Positions 14,006 through 26,170 of a DNA stretch of 64,000 bases are shown here, in pieces. The DNA lies in contig NIVC01002724.1 of NCBI GenBank assembly GCA_002269645.1, forward strand, positions 56,461 through 120,460. Direction: 5' to 3'. The position numbers were made by a program, and so were the translations under genes. The notes below the pieces were generated by a model. That model was given only the letters and a program-made list of their open reading frames with translations, ran no database searches and was not told where the DNA came from. Position 1 is the stretch's first letter. The number at the start of each line of letters is the position of its first letter. The stretch comes from Macrostomum lignano. Lineage: Eukaryota.

Positions 14006-14850
14006 GATGATGGGAGATTCTCTATGGGAAGATGGGAGGCGATTCTCTATGGGGAGATGGGAGGGGCGATTCTCTATGGGAAGATGGGAGGCGATTCTCT
14101 ATGGGAAGATGGGAGGCGATTCTCTATGGGGAGATGGGAGGGGCGATTCTCTATGGGAAGATGGGAGGCGATTCTCTATGGGAAGATGGGAGGCGATTCT
14201 CTATGGGGAGATGGGAGGGGCGATTCTCTATGGGAAGATGGGAGGCGATTCTCTATGGGAAGATGGGAGGCGATTCTCTATGGGGAGATGGGAGGGGCGA
14301 TTCTCTATGGGAAGATGGGAGGCGATTCTCTATGGGGAGATGGGAGGGGCGATTCTCTATGGGGAGATGGGAGGGGCGATTCTTTATGGGGAGATGGGAG
14401 GGGCGATTCTTTATGGGGAGATGGGAGGGGCGATTCTTTATGGGGAGATGGGAGGGCGATTCTTTATGGGGAGATGGGAGGGGCGATTCTTTATGGGGAG
14501 ATGGGAGGGCGATTCTTTATGGGGAGATGGGAGGGCGATTCTTTATGGGAAGATGGGAGGGGCGATTCTCTATGGGGAGATGGGAGCGGCGATTCTTTAT
14601 GGGGAGATGGGAGGGGCGATTCTCTATGGGGAGATGGGAGCGGCGATTCTCTATGGGAAGATGGGAGGGGCGATTCTCTATGGGGAGATGGGAGGGGCGA
14701 TTCTTTATGGGGAGATGGGAGGGGCGATTCTCTATGGGGAGATGGGAGGGGCGATTCTCTATGGGAAGATGGGAGGGGCGATTCTCTATGGGGAGATGGG
14801 AGGGCGATTCTCTATGGGGAGATGGGAGGGGCGATTCTCTATGTAAAGAT
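14006..14850. repeat. 25-27-bp G-rich minisatellite (GGGAGATGGGAGGGGCGATTCTCTATG), left block
   Basis: About 32 copies. Confidence 0.96.
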
Positions 14851-15999
14851 GGGATCTACGACGTTTGCCTGCCGGACGTCTGCCAGCCGACGTTTGCCAG
14901 CGAGACGTTTGCCAGCCGACGTTTGCCAGCTGACGTTTGCCAGCCGACGTTTGCCAGCCGACGTTTGCTAGCCGACGTTTGCCTGCGAGACTTTTGCCAG
15001 CCGACGTTTTCCAGCCGACGTTTGCGTGCGGGACGTTTGCCAGCCGACGTTTTTCAACCGACGTTTGCGTGCGGGACGTTTGCCAGCCAGACATTTGCAG
15101 ACGGCAATTGGTTAAAGAAGTCTGCCCTCTCTAGACTTACATGTACTTGCATTTGAAAACTGTGGACATAGCACTAATCTAATTCCACCTCGCTCCCTAC
15201 TACTGCTATTAAATATACAGGTTACTAACAAACTACGGTTCAGGCTTATTGAAGTTATTGCTCTTTTCTGCCTAAATACAAAAATACAAAATAGGAGTTT
15301 CCATTGTCACAGTTGATGTCTATGTATGCCATGAAATCGCCCTTTCCATCTCAGTGGCCAAACAAGCTAAGTGTTTACAAGCTAAATGGGAAAAGACTGA
15401 GACATCCATAATGGTATTGGCCTAGTCTCGCCTATATATACTTAACTCAAAAGCCAAACTCTGCTTAAAGGAGTTTGGCCATGACAGCGTGCACTTGACA
15501 AACTGCATTGGAATTAATTCGCTTACTTTTGGATCTCCCAATGAACTGGGAAATATGTAAGCCAGAATTATCGTTCAGCAGTGCTTTTATTTGCCCAAAA
15601 CTTGGCTCGCTGGAGATTCCCGTTTAAATTTGCGTGTCTTCATTCGCAAATCAGAAATCAAACTTCTCAAACTAGGAAAAGCGATACAAAACTGTCAGAA
15701 GTAAACTTTATGATATTTTCACATTCAAAGAAATTGTTGTTAAACTGGATGCTAGATTGATGAACTGCATAATTTGGATAGATTTTGTTTTCGAACTTTT
15801 ATACATGTGAATAACCGTCAAAAAGTTGGACTAAAAATCGCTAAACTGCGAATATTTCAGTATCAATTTTTTCACTCACTGACCTAATGTTGGCTGGCAA
15901 ACGTCGGCTAGCAAACGTCCCGGAGGCAAACGTCGGCAGGCAAACGTCGGCTGGCAAACGTCGGCTGGCAAAGGTCCCGCAGGCAAACGTCGCTATCCC
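14851..15999. mobile_element. Putative non-autonomous TIR element with inverted arrays of a 14-bp subterminal repeat (GCCAGCCGACGTTT), splitting the G-rich satellite
   Basis: Left end GGGATCTACGACGTTTGCCTGCCGGAC versus reverse complement of right end GGGATAGCGACGTTTGCCTGCGGGAC; 14-bp arrays at 14860-15105 (+) and 15890-15995 (-); TSD not resolved. Confidence 0.65.
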
Positions 16000-17310
16000 G
16001 AGAAGATGGGAGGGGCGATTCTCTAAAGGAGGAGATAGGGGGGGTTCTCTATAGGGAGATGCATAGGAGGGGCGATTCTTTATTGGGAGATGGGAAGGGA
16101 GATTCTCTAAGGAGAGATAGGAGGGGCGATTCTCTATGGGGAGATGGGAGGGGCGATTCTCTATGGGGAGATGGGAGGAGCGATTCTCTATGGGGAGATG
16201 GGAGGGGCGATTCTCTATGGGGAGATGGGAGGGGCGATTCTCTATGTGGGAGATGGGAGGGGTGATTCTTTATAGGAGGAGATAGGAGGGGCGGTTCTCT
16301 ATGTGGAGATGTATGGGAGAGGCGATTCTCTATGGGAAGATGGGAAGGGAGATTCTCTATGGGGAGATGGGAGGGGCGATTCTCTATGGGGAGATGGGAG
16401 GGGCGATTCTCTATGTGGAGATGTATGGGAGAGGCGATTCCCTATGGGAAGATGGGAAGGGAGATTCTCTATGGGGAGATGGGAGGGGCGATTCTCTATG
16501 GGGAGATGGGAGGGGCGATTCTCTATAGGAGGAGATAGGAGGGGCGGTTCTCTATGTGGAGATGCATGGGAGGGGCGATTCTCTATGTGGGAGATGGGAG
16601 GGGTGATTCTTTATAGGAGGAGATAGGAGGGGCGGTTCTCTATGTGGAGATGTATGGGAGAGGCGATTCTCTATGGGAAGATGGGAAGGGAGATTCTCTA
16701 TGGGGAGATGGGAGGGGCGATTCTCTATGGGGAGATGGGAGGGGCGATTCTCTATGTGGAGATGTATGGGAGAGGCGATTCCCTATGGGAAGATGGGAAG
16801 GGAGATTCTCTATGGGGAGATGGGAGGGGCGATTCTCTATGGGGAGATGGGAGGGGCGATTCTCTATAGGAGGAGATAGGAGGGGCGGTTCTCTATGTGG
16901 AGATGCATGGGAGAGGCGATTCTCTATGGGAAGATGGGAAGGGCGATTCTCTATGGGGAGATGGGAAGGGCGATTCTCTATGGGGAGATGGCAGGGGCGA
17001 TTCTGTATGGGGAGATGGGAGGGGCGATTCTCTATGGGGAGATGGCAGGGGCGATTCTCTATGGGGAGATGGGAGGGGCGATTCTCTATGTGGGAGATGG
17101 GAGGGGCGATTCTCTATGGGGAGATGGGAGGGGCGATTCTCTATGTGGGAGATGGGAGGGGCGATTCTCTATGGGGAGATGGGAGGGGCGATTCTCTATG
17201 GGGAGATGGGGGGCGATTCTCTATGTGGGAGATGGGAGGGGCGGTTCTCTATGTGGAGATGCATGGGAGAGGCGATTCTCTATGGGGAGATGGCAGGGGC
17301 GATTCTCTAT
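16000..17310. repeat. 25-29-bp G-rich minisatellite, right block (same family and orientation as 14006-14850)
   Basis: Same GGGAGATGGGAGGGGCGATTCTCTATG unit with variants. Confidence 0.95.
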
Positions 17311-17774
17311 AACGAGATTTAAATGGTCATAAACTTTGTTCATATCGAAAAGTAGTTTTATGGGTAAGGCATAAAAATGCTTTTCCAGGGTACGCGGTGC
17401 AAATTTAGGACTCAAGCGCAAGTTCAAGAAATACTCACAGAGTTGTAAGCAATTTGAACAGATGAACTTATCTAAAAGAAACCAGAAAGAAGGTCATAAT
17501 TTTTATTACACAGAAGACAGATTCTCTTATCTAGTTCGTGCAGCACATTGAGCATGCAAGGTACACAGCTATAAACATAAATTACAATAAAATAAGCTGG
17601 TTATTACATCTTGGGCAGTCATAACCTAACTTGATGACGCACAGAATGTAACTATAGCAACTAGGGAATTTCTATATGGCAAGGATAAAGAAATAATACA
17701 TAATAATGTAAACAGACCGCAGTACAGAATGTATTACAAGCATGGAGGGTAAAATAAAGGAGGGTAAGATGGAA

Positions 17775-20700
17775 CAGAGAGGGGAGGGTAAGAGGGGAGG
17801 GCAGAGGGTAAGATAGGAGAGGGTAAGAGGCAGGGCAGAGGTTAAGATAAGGGAGGGTAAGAGGGTAGACAGAGGGTGAGATAAGGGAGGGTAAGAGGCG
17901 GGGCAGAGATTGAGATAAGGGAGGGTAAGATGCGGGGCAGAGGGTGAGATAAGGGAGGGTAAGAGGCAGGGCAGAGGTTGAGATAAGGGAGGGTTAGAGG
18001 TGAGGGCAGAGGTTGAGATAAGGGAGGGTTAGAGGCAGGGCAGAGGTTGAGATAAGGGAGGGTTAGAGGTGAGGGCAGAGGTTGAGATAATTGATGGTTA
18101 GAGGGGAGGGCAGAGGGTGAGATAAGGGAGGTTTAGAGGCAGGGCAGAGGTTGAGATAAGGGATGGTTAGAGGGTAGACAGAGGTTGAGATAAGGGAGGG
18201 TTAGAGGGGAGGGCAGAGGGTGAGATAAGTGAGGGTTAGAGGGTAGATAGAGGTTGAGATAAGGGAGGGTTAGAGGGGAGGGCAGAGGGTGAGATAAGGG
18301 AGGTTTAGAGGCAGGGCAGAGGTTGAGATAAGGGATGGTTAGAGGGTAGACAGAGGTTGAGATAAGGGAGGGTTAGAGGGGAGGGCAGAGGGTGAGATAA
18401 GTAAGGGTTAGAGGGTAGACAGAGGTTGAGATAAGGGAGGGTTAGAGGGGAGGGCAGAGGGTGAGATAAGGGATGGTTAGAGGGTAGACAGAGGTTGAGA
18501 TAAGGGAGGGTTAGAGGGGAGGGCAGAGGGTGAGATAAGTGAGGGTTAGAGGGTAGACAGAGGTTGAGATAAGGGAGGGTTAGAGGGGAGGGCAGAGGGT
18601 GAGATAAGGGAGGGTTAGAGGTGAGGGCAGAGGTTGAGAAAAGGGAGGGTTAGAGGCAGGGCAGAGGTTGAGATAAGAGAGGGTTAGAGGCAGGGCAGAG
18701 GTTGAGATAATTGATGGTTAGAGGGGAGGGCAGAGGGTGAGATAAGGGAGGTTTAGAGGCTGGGCAGAGGTTGAGATAAGGGATGGTTAGAGGTGAGGGC
18801 AGAGGTTGAGATAAGGGAGGGTTAGAGGGGAGGGCAGAGGGTGAGATAAGTGAGGGTTAGAGGGTAGATAGAGGTTGAGATAAGGGAGGGTTAGAGGGGA
18901 GGGCAGAGGGTGAGATAAGTGAGGGTTAGAGGGTAGACTGAGGTTGAGATAAGGGAGGGTTAGAGGGGAGGGCAGAGGGTGAGATAAGGGAGGGTAAGAG
19001 GCAGGGCAGAGGTTGAGATAAGGGAGGGTTAGAGGTGAGGGCAGAGGTTGAGATAAGGGAGGGTTAGAGGCAGGGCAGAGGTTGAGATAAGGGAGGGTTA
19101 GAGGGGAGGGCAGAGGTTTAGATAATTGATGGTTAGAGGGGAGGGCAGAGGGTGAGATAAGGGAGGTTTAGAGGCAGGGCAGAGGTTGAGATAAGGGATG
19201 GTTAGAGGGTAGACAGAGGTTGAGATAAGGGAGGGTTAGAGGGGAGGGCAGAGGGTGAGATAAGTGAGGGTTAGAGGGTAGACAGAGGTTGAGATAAGGG
19301 AGGGTTAGAGGGAGGGCAGAGGGTGAGATAAGGGATGGTTAGAGGGTAGACAGAGGTTGAGATAAGGGAGGGTTAGAGGGGAGGGCAGAGGGTGAGATAA
19401 GTGAGGGTTAGAGGGTAGACAGAGGTTGAGATAAGGGAGGGTTAGAGGGGAGGGCAGAGGGTGAGATAAGTGAGGGTTAGAGGGTAGACAGAGGTTGAGA
19501 TAAGGGAGGGTTAGAGGGGAGGGCAGAGGGTGAGATAAGGGAGGGTTAGAGGTGAGGGCAGAGGTTGAGATAAGGGAGGGTTAGAGGCAGGGCAGAGGTT
19601 GAGATAAGGGAGGGTTAGAGGGGAGGGCAGAGGTTGAGATAATTGATGGTTAGAGGGGAGGGCAGAGGGTGAGATAAGGGAGGTTTAGAGGCTGGGCAGA
19701 GGTTGAGATAAGGGATGGTTAGAGGGTAGACAGAGGTTGAGATAAGGGAGGGTTAGAGGGGAGGGCAGAGGGTGAGATAAGTGAGGGTTAGAGGGTAGAC
19801 AGAGGTTGAGATAAGGGAGGGTTAGAGGGGAGGGCAGAGGGTGAGATAAGGGATGGTTAGAGGGTAGACAGAGGTTGAGATAAGGGAGGGTTAGAGGGGA
19901 GGGCAGAGGGTGAGATAAGTGAGGGTTAGAGGGTAGACAGAGGTTGAGATAAGGGAGGGTTAGAGGGGAGGGCAGAGGGTGAGATAAGGGATGGTTAGAT
20001 GGGAGGGCAGAGGGTGAGATAAGGGAGGGTACGAGGCAGGGCAGAGGGTGAGATAAGGGATGGTTAGATGGGAGGGCAGAGGGTGAGATAAGGGAGGGTA
20101 CGAGGCAGGGCAGAGGGTGAGATAAGGGAGGGTAAGAGGCAGGGCAGAGGGTGAGATAAGGGAGGGTAAGCAGGGCAGAGGGTGAGATAAGGGAGGGTAA
20201 GCAGGGCAGAGGGTGAGATAAGGGAGGGTAAGCAGGGCAGAGGGTGAGATAAGTGAGGGTTAGAGGGTAGACAGAGGTTGAGATAAGGGAGGGTAAGAGG
20301 CAGGGCAGAGGGTGAGATAAGGGATGGTTAGATGGGAGGGCAGAGGGTGAGATAAGGGAGGGTACGAGGCAGGGCAGAGGGTGAGATAAGGGAGGGTAAG
20401 AGGCAGGGCAGAGGGTGAGATAAGGGAGGGTAAGCAGGGCAGAGGGTGAGATAAGGGAGGGTAAGCAGGGCAGAGGGTGAGATAAGGGAGGGTAAGCAGG
20501 GCAGAGGGTGAGATAAGGGAGGGTAAGAGGCAGGGCAGAGGGTGAGATAAGGGAGGGTAAGCAGGGCAGAGGGTGAGATAAGGGAGGGTAAGAGGCAGGG
20601 CAGAGGGTGAGATAAGGGAGGGTAAGCAGGGCAGAGGGTGAGATAAGTGAGGGTTAGAGGGTAGACAGAGGTTGAGATAAGGGAGGGTAAGAGGCAGGGC

Positions 20701-20970
20701 AGAGGGTGAGATAAGGGAGGGTACGAGGCAGGGCAGAGGGTGAGATAAGGGAGGGTAAGAGGCAGGGCAGAGGGTGAGATAAGGGAGGGTAAGCAGGGCA
20801 GAGGGTGAGATAAGGGAGGGTAAGCAGGGCAGAGGGTGAGATAAGGGAGGGTAAGAGGCAGGGCAGAGGGTGAGATAAGGGAGGGTAAGCAGGGCAGAGG
20901 GTGAGATAAGGGAGGGTAAGAGGCAGGGCAGAGGGTGAGATAAGGGAGGGTAAGCAGGGCAGAGGGTGAA
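17775..20970. repeat. 31-35-bp purine-rich minisatellite (GAGATAAGGGAGGGTTAGAGGGGAGGGCAGAGGGT)
   Basis: About 95 copies in two variant zones (TTAG-type, then TAAG-type from about 20030). Confidence 0.96.
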
Positions 20971-21242
20971 ATCGAAGACATAAAAAGACAAAATCTACAC
21001 AACCAATACAAAAAATTCTGCATGGAAACAAAAAGAAAAATTTAAAGTAAAAGACCTACAGAGATTGCCTCACTCTGCTAAATTCACTGCTTTACTTCAC
21101 TATTGAATATCGTCAAGTTCAATTTCCGGAGGTAAGCTAAGAGTGTTTGCTTTCGCGCCCAAAAATATTGCGGCGGGGAGAAGCAAAGTAAAGCCTGGGG
21201 GCCAGGACCCCCCGAAAGCTTATTGTAACTTCATTGATAAAC

Positions 21243-21765
21243 AGTGTGAGTGAGCGAGTGATTGAGTGAGGTGATTGAGTGAGGTAATCGTGATTGAGTG
21301 AGTGATCGTGATTAAGTCACTGATTGAGTGAGTGATTGAGTGAGGTGAGTGAGTGTTTGAGTGAGTGATTGAGTGAGGTGAGTGAGTGTTTGAGTGAGTG
21401 ATTGAGTGAGGTGATCGTGAGTGAGTGAGTGAGGTGATCGTGAGTGATTGAGTGAGGTGATCGAGAGTGATTGAGTGAGTGAGTGAGCACAGTGAGTGAG
21501 TGATTGAGTGAGGTGAGTGAGTGTTTGAGTGAGTGATTGAGTGAGGTGATCGAGAGTGATTGAGTGAGTGAGTGAGCACAGTGAGTGAGTGAGTGATTGA
21601 GTGAGGTGAGTGAGTGTTTGAGTGAGTGATTGAGTGAGGTAATCGTGAGTGATTGAGTGAGGTGAGTGAGTGAGTGATTGAGTGAGGTGAGTGAGTGTTT
21701 GAGTGAGTGATTGAGTGAGGTGATCGTGAGTGAATGAGTGAGGTGAGTGAGTGAGTGATTGAGTG
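21243..21765. repeat. (GAGT)n-derived compound microsatellite
   Basis: GAGTGAGT/GAGTGATT/GAGGT units. Confidence 0.93.
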
Positions 21766-22780
21766 CATATCTAAGGACTGACGTGACACAAAGGACTTAT
21801 ATGTTTATAACGTGACCCATTGTTGATAAGTGAATGCTGTGGCAGAAGGCACATTGATGGTACATTAAAGAAGGTTGTGCCAGACAGCAAGCAGACAACC
21901 TACTGACTACTCCCTAAAATTTTAGGTTTAGCAAAGTTTTCTTACACTTTTTAGCACTCATTTAGTAAAAATCTAAGTCCATTGTTTGACTCAAGATACT
22001 CTAGTTCAGTTTGAAAAATAAATAAAACGATTTTTGAAGACTTAAACAAACAAAATTCTTTTTTATAAATCGTAGCAAAAATCATATTTTATTATTGTAT
22101 AAATAGCCGTTTAAAAGAACTGTTAAGTGAGTAGCCAAAAGTTACAAAAATGGCACAAATAATTTTTAGCGCACTACTGACAAAGTAGAGTACGTGTCTA
22201 TTAAAGGAATTTTTGTTCAATAAAGCATACGATTTGAAAGAGCTTAAAAATTATTAGTGTGGTAATTCTTGACATTGATCAAATTTAAAGAGCTGTTCAC
22301 AACTAGGAACCTGAATAAGTGGGCAAACAATACAAAAATCACTGTTACTTCCATCAGCAATGAAAAGCATTCGATTCTTGAATCACGAAAAAATCCCAAA
22401 TTTCAAAGATCCCCAAAATCTTCAAGTTCCCAAAACTCTCAAAGATCCCTAAAAATGTTAAAGATCCCCAAAATCTCAAAGATCCTTTAAATCTCAAAGA
22501 TTCCTAAAATCTCAAAGATCCCCAAAATTTCAAAGATCCCCAAAATATTAGAGATACTAAACTAAACCCCTCCAGATCTAAAACATCCCATATCCCATAG
22601 AACTTTTAACATCCCGTAGTTTATTCAGATTCGCAGTATTTTTCTTAACCAACGTAAAATTAACAAACATCAATTGGCAGTGCAATCAATCTGATTTAAA
22701 TTATAATAATTCACATTTTTATCGAAACCAACTAAACTAGTTAAGGTAAAAAACTAATGTCCATAACTCAATCAAGGTAA

Positions 22781-25402
22781 CTACAGGTGATCGAAGTTAT
22801 CAATTCTTTGAGCTTCAACCAGACGAATCATTGGAACAACAGCAGCCTGCTCAGCAGATTTATACTTCAACTGAGCATCATCTTTCGCTGGCAGACTATT
22901 GGCACTGCTAATACTCAGATTAGCAAAGCACGCTAAGCCGAAGTTCTCAGAGCCCAAACCGGCGAAACCGGTGCTTGGCGTGCTGCCAGGCAGCGTCTCC
23001 AAGTTCGCGACAGTTTGGTTTCCAATCTTTGCCGTGTACTTGCCGCTCTGCCATTGGTTGGGGCGCGATTGTGGGTTAATTGGGTCTTAGACTTTAGCCC
23101 CCCCAGCACCCCTGATGCTTCAGTGAGTTGTCACTGCCCCCCCCCCCCTGATGCTTCAGTGAGTTCTCACCGCCCCCCTTGATGCTTCAGTGAGTTGTCA
23201 CTGCCCCCCCCCGGATGCTTCAGTGAGTTGTCACTGATCCCCCCCTGATGCTTCAGTGAGTTGTCACTGCCCCCCCCTGATGCTTCAGTGAGTTGTCACT
23301 GACCCCCCCCTGATGCTTCAGTGAGTTCTCACCGCCCACCCCTGATGCTTCAGTGAGTTGTCACTGCCCCCCCCGGATGCTTCAGTGAGTTGTCACTGCC
23401 CCCTGATGCTTCAGTGAGTTGTCACTGACCCCCCCCCAATGCTTCAGCGAGTTGTCACTGCCCCCTGATGCTTCAGTGAGTTGTCACTGCCCCTCCCCCC
23501 TGATGCTTCAGTGAGTTGTCACTGCCCCCCCTGATGCTTCAGTGAGTTGTCACTCCCTCAGCTCCCCCTGATGCTGCAGTGAGTTGTCACTGCCCCCCCC
23601 CCTGCTGCTTCAGTGAGTTGTCACTGCCCCCCCCCCCTGCTGCTTCAGTGAGTTGTCACTGCCCCCTGATGCTTCAGCGAGTTGTCACTGCCCCCTGATG
23701 CTTCAGTGAGTTGTCACTGCCCCCTCCCCCCCTGATGCTTCAGTGAGTTGTCACTCCCTCAGCTCCCCCTGATGCTGCAGTGAGTTGTCACTGCCCCCCA
23801 CCCCTGCTGCTTCAGTGAGTTGTCACTGCCCCCCCCCTGCTGCTTCAATGAGTTGTCACTGACCCCCCCTGATGCTTCAGTGAGTTGTCACTGCCCCCCC
23901 CTGATGCTTCAGTGAGTTGTCACTGCCCCCCTGATGCTTCAGTGAGTTGTCACTCCCTCAGCCCCCCCCCTGATGCTTCAGTGAGTTGTCACTCCCTCAG
24001 CCCCCCCCTGATGCTTCAGTGAGTTGTCACTCCCTCAGCCCCCCTGATGCTTCAGTGAGTTGTCACTCCCTCAGCACCCCCTTATGCTTCAGTGAGTTGT
24101 CACTGCCCCCCTGATGCTTCAGTGAGTTGTCACTCCCTCAGCACCCCCCTGATGCTTCAGTGAGTTGTCACTCCCTCAGCCCCCCCCCTGATGCTTCAGT
24201 GAGTTGTCACTCCCTCAGCCCCCCTGATGCTTCAGTGAGTTGTCACTCCCTCAGCACCCCCTTATGCTTCAGTGAGTTGTCACTGCCCCCCCCTGATGCT
24301 TCAGTGAGTTGTCACTCCCTCAGCCCCCCCTGATGCTTCAGTGAGTTGTCACTCCCTCAGCACCCCCTGATGCTTCAGTGAGTTGTCACTCCCTCAGCCC
24401 CCCCCCCCTAATGCTTCAGTGAGTTGTCACTCCCTCAGCCCCCCCCCTGATGCTTCAGTGAGTTGTCACTCCCTCAGCACCCCCTTATGCTTCAGTGAGT
24501 TGTCACTGCCCCCCTGATGCTTCAGTCAGTTGTCACTCCCTCAGCACCCCCTTATGCTTCAGTGAGTTGTCACTGCCCCCCTGATGCTTCAGTGAGTTGT
24601 CACTCCCTCAGCACCCCCTTATGCTTCAGTGAGTTGTCACTGCCCCCCTGATGCTTCAGTGAGTTGTCACTCCCTCAGCACCCCCTTATGCTTCAGTGAG
24701 TTGTCACTGCCCCCCCCCTGATGCTTCAGTGAGTTGTCACTCCCTCAGCACCCCCCTGATGCTTCAGTGAGTTGTCACTCCCTCAGCACCCCCCTGATGC
24801 TTCAGTGAGTTGTCACTCCCTCAGCACCCCCCTGATGCTTCAGTGAGTTGTCACTCCCTCAGCCCCCCCTGATTCTTCAGTAAGCCAAATAACAATACTC
24901 ACCTGCAAATTCAGCGTCAACTTCACCCAGGCATCGTAGCCATAGACAAAACTGCCTCCTTTGATCTTCTTGGTTTGAGCTGTGAAAGCAGAGTAAGCCA
25001 GGTAAGTAGGTAAGTAAGTAAGTCAGGTTGGCCCTGACGGCTGTGAATCGCACATCTCCAAAAGCCCAAAATAAATTCGGCCGCGAATGTAGGCCGCTCA
25101 CCTAAGTCATTAGTAACGGCATACTGGTTGCTAGCCGGAAACAGCCACAGGAAGAGGCCTTTGGCTTGGAAAGCACCGCAGCCGCCTTGGTCAATGCGGG
25201 CAGCAACAAAAATTCCTGTGGTGGAATTCACAGAGGGGACCAGCACGGAGGCGGACACGGAGATGTCAGACCTGCGGGTTGCGTTTGTAATCTGTTTCAA
25301 TTGCTGTTGCTGGGGCAAACGGCAGCAATGATTGGCTGAGCTCTGCTTTTTAGTAAGACACGTAGTTGGGAATAACACATTAATAGATACTTATTACAAA
25401 TG

Positions 25403-25478
<76 letters not shown>

Positions 25479-25691
25479 CACAGACAGACAGACAGACAGG
25501 CAGACAGACAGACACACACACAGACAGACAGACAGACAGACACACAGACAGACAGACAGACACACACACACACAGACAGACACACAGACAGACAGACAGA
25601 CAGACACACACACAGACAGACAGACAGACAGACACACAGACAGACAGACAGACACACACACAGACAGACAGACACACAGACAGACAGACAC

Positions 25692-25726
<35 letters not shown>

Positions 25727-25727
25727 C

Positions 25728-25766
<39 letters not shown>

Positions 25767-25767
25767 C

Positions 25768-25798
<31 letters not shown>

Positions 25799-26035
25799 CA
25801 CAGACAGACAGACAGACACACAGACAGACAGACAGACACACAGACAGACAGACACACAGACAGACACACAGACAGACAGACAGACAGACAGACACACAGA
25901 CAGACAGACACACAGACAGACAGACAGACACACAGACAGACAGACAGACACACAGACAGACAGACACACAGACAGACAGACAGACACACAGACAGACAGA
26001 CAGACACACAGACAGACAGACACAGACAGACAGAC

Positions 26036-26082
<47 letters not shown>

Positions 26083-26123
26083 CACAGACAGACAGACAGA
26101 CACACAGACAGACAGACAGACAC

Positions 26124-26170
<47 letters not shown>

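Noticed and set aside
17775-20300. Interstitial telomeric repeat (GGGTTAG inside units)
   Set aside because: One hexamer per 31-35-bp unit, never tandem TTAGGG
23100-24880. CRISPR-like array of palindromic repeats
   Set aside because: Spacers are only poly-C or a fixed 8-mer, there are no cas genes, and the context is a eukaryotic intron
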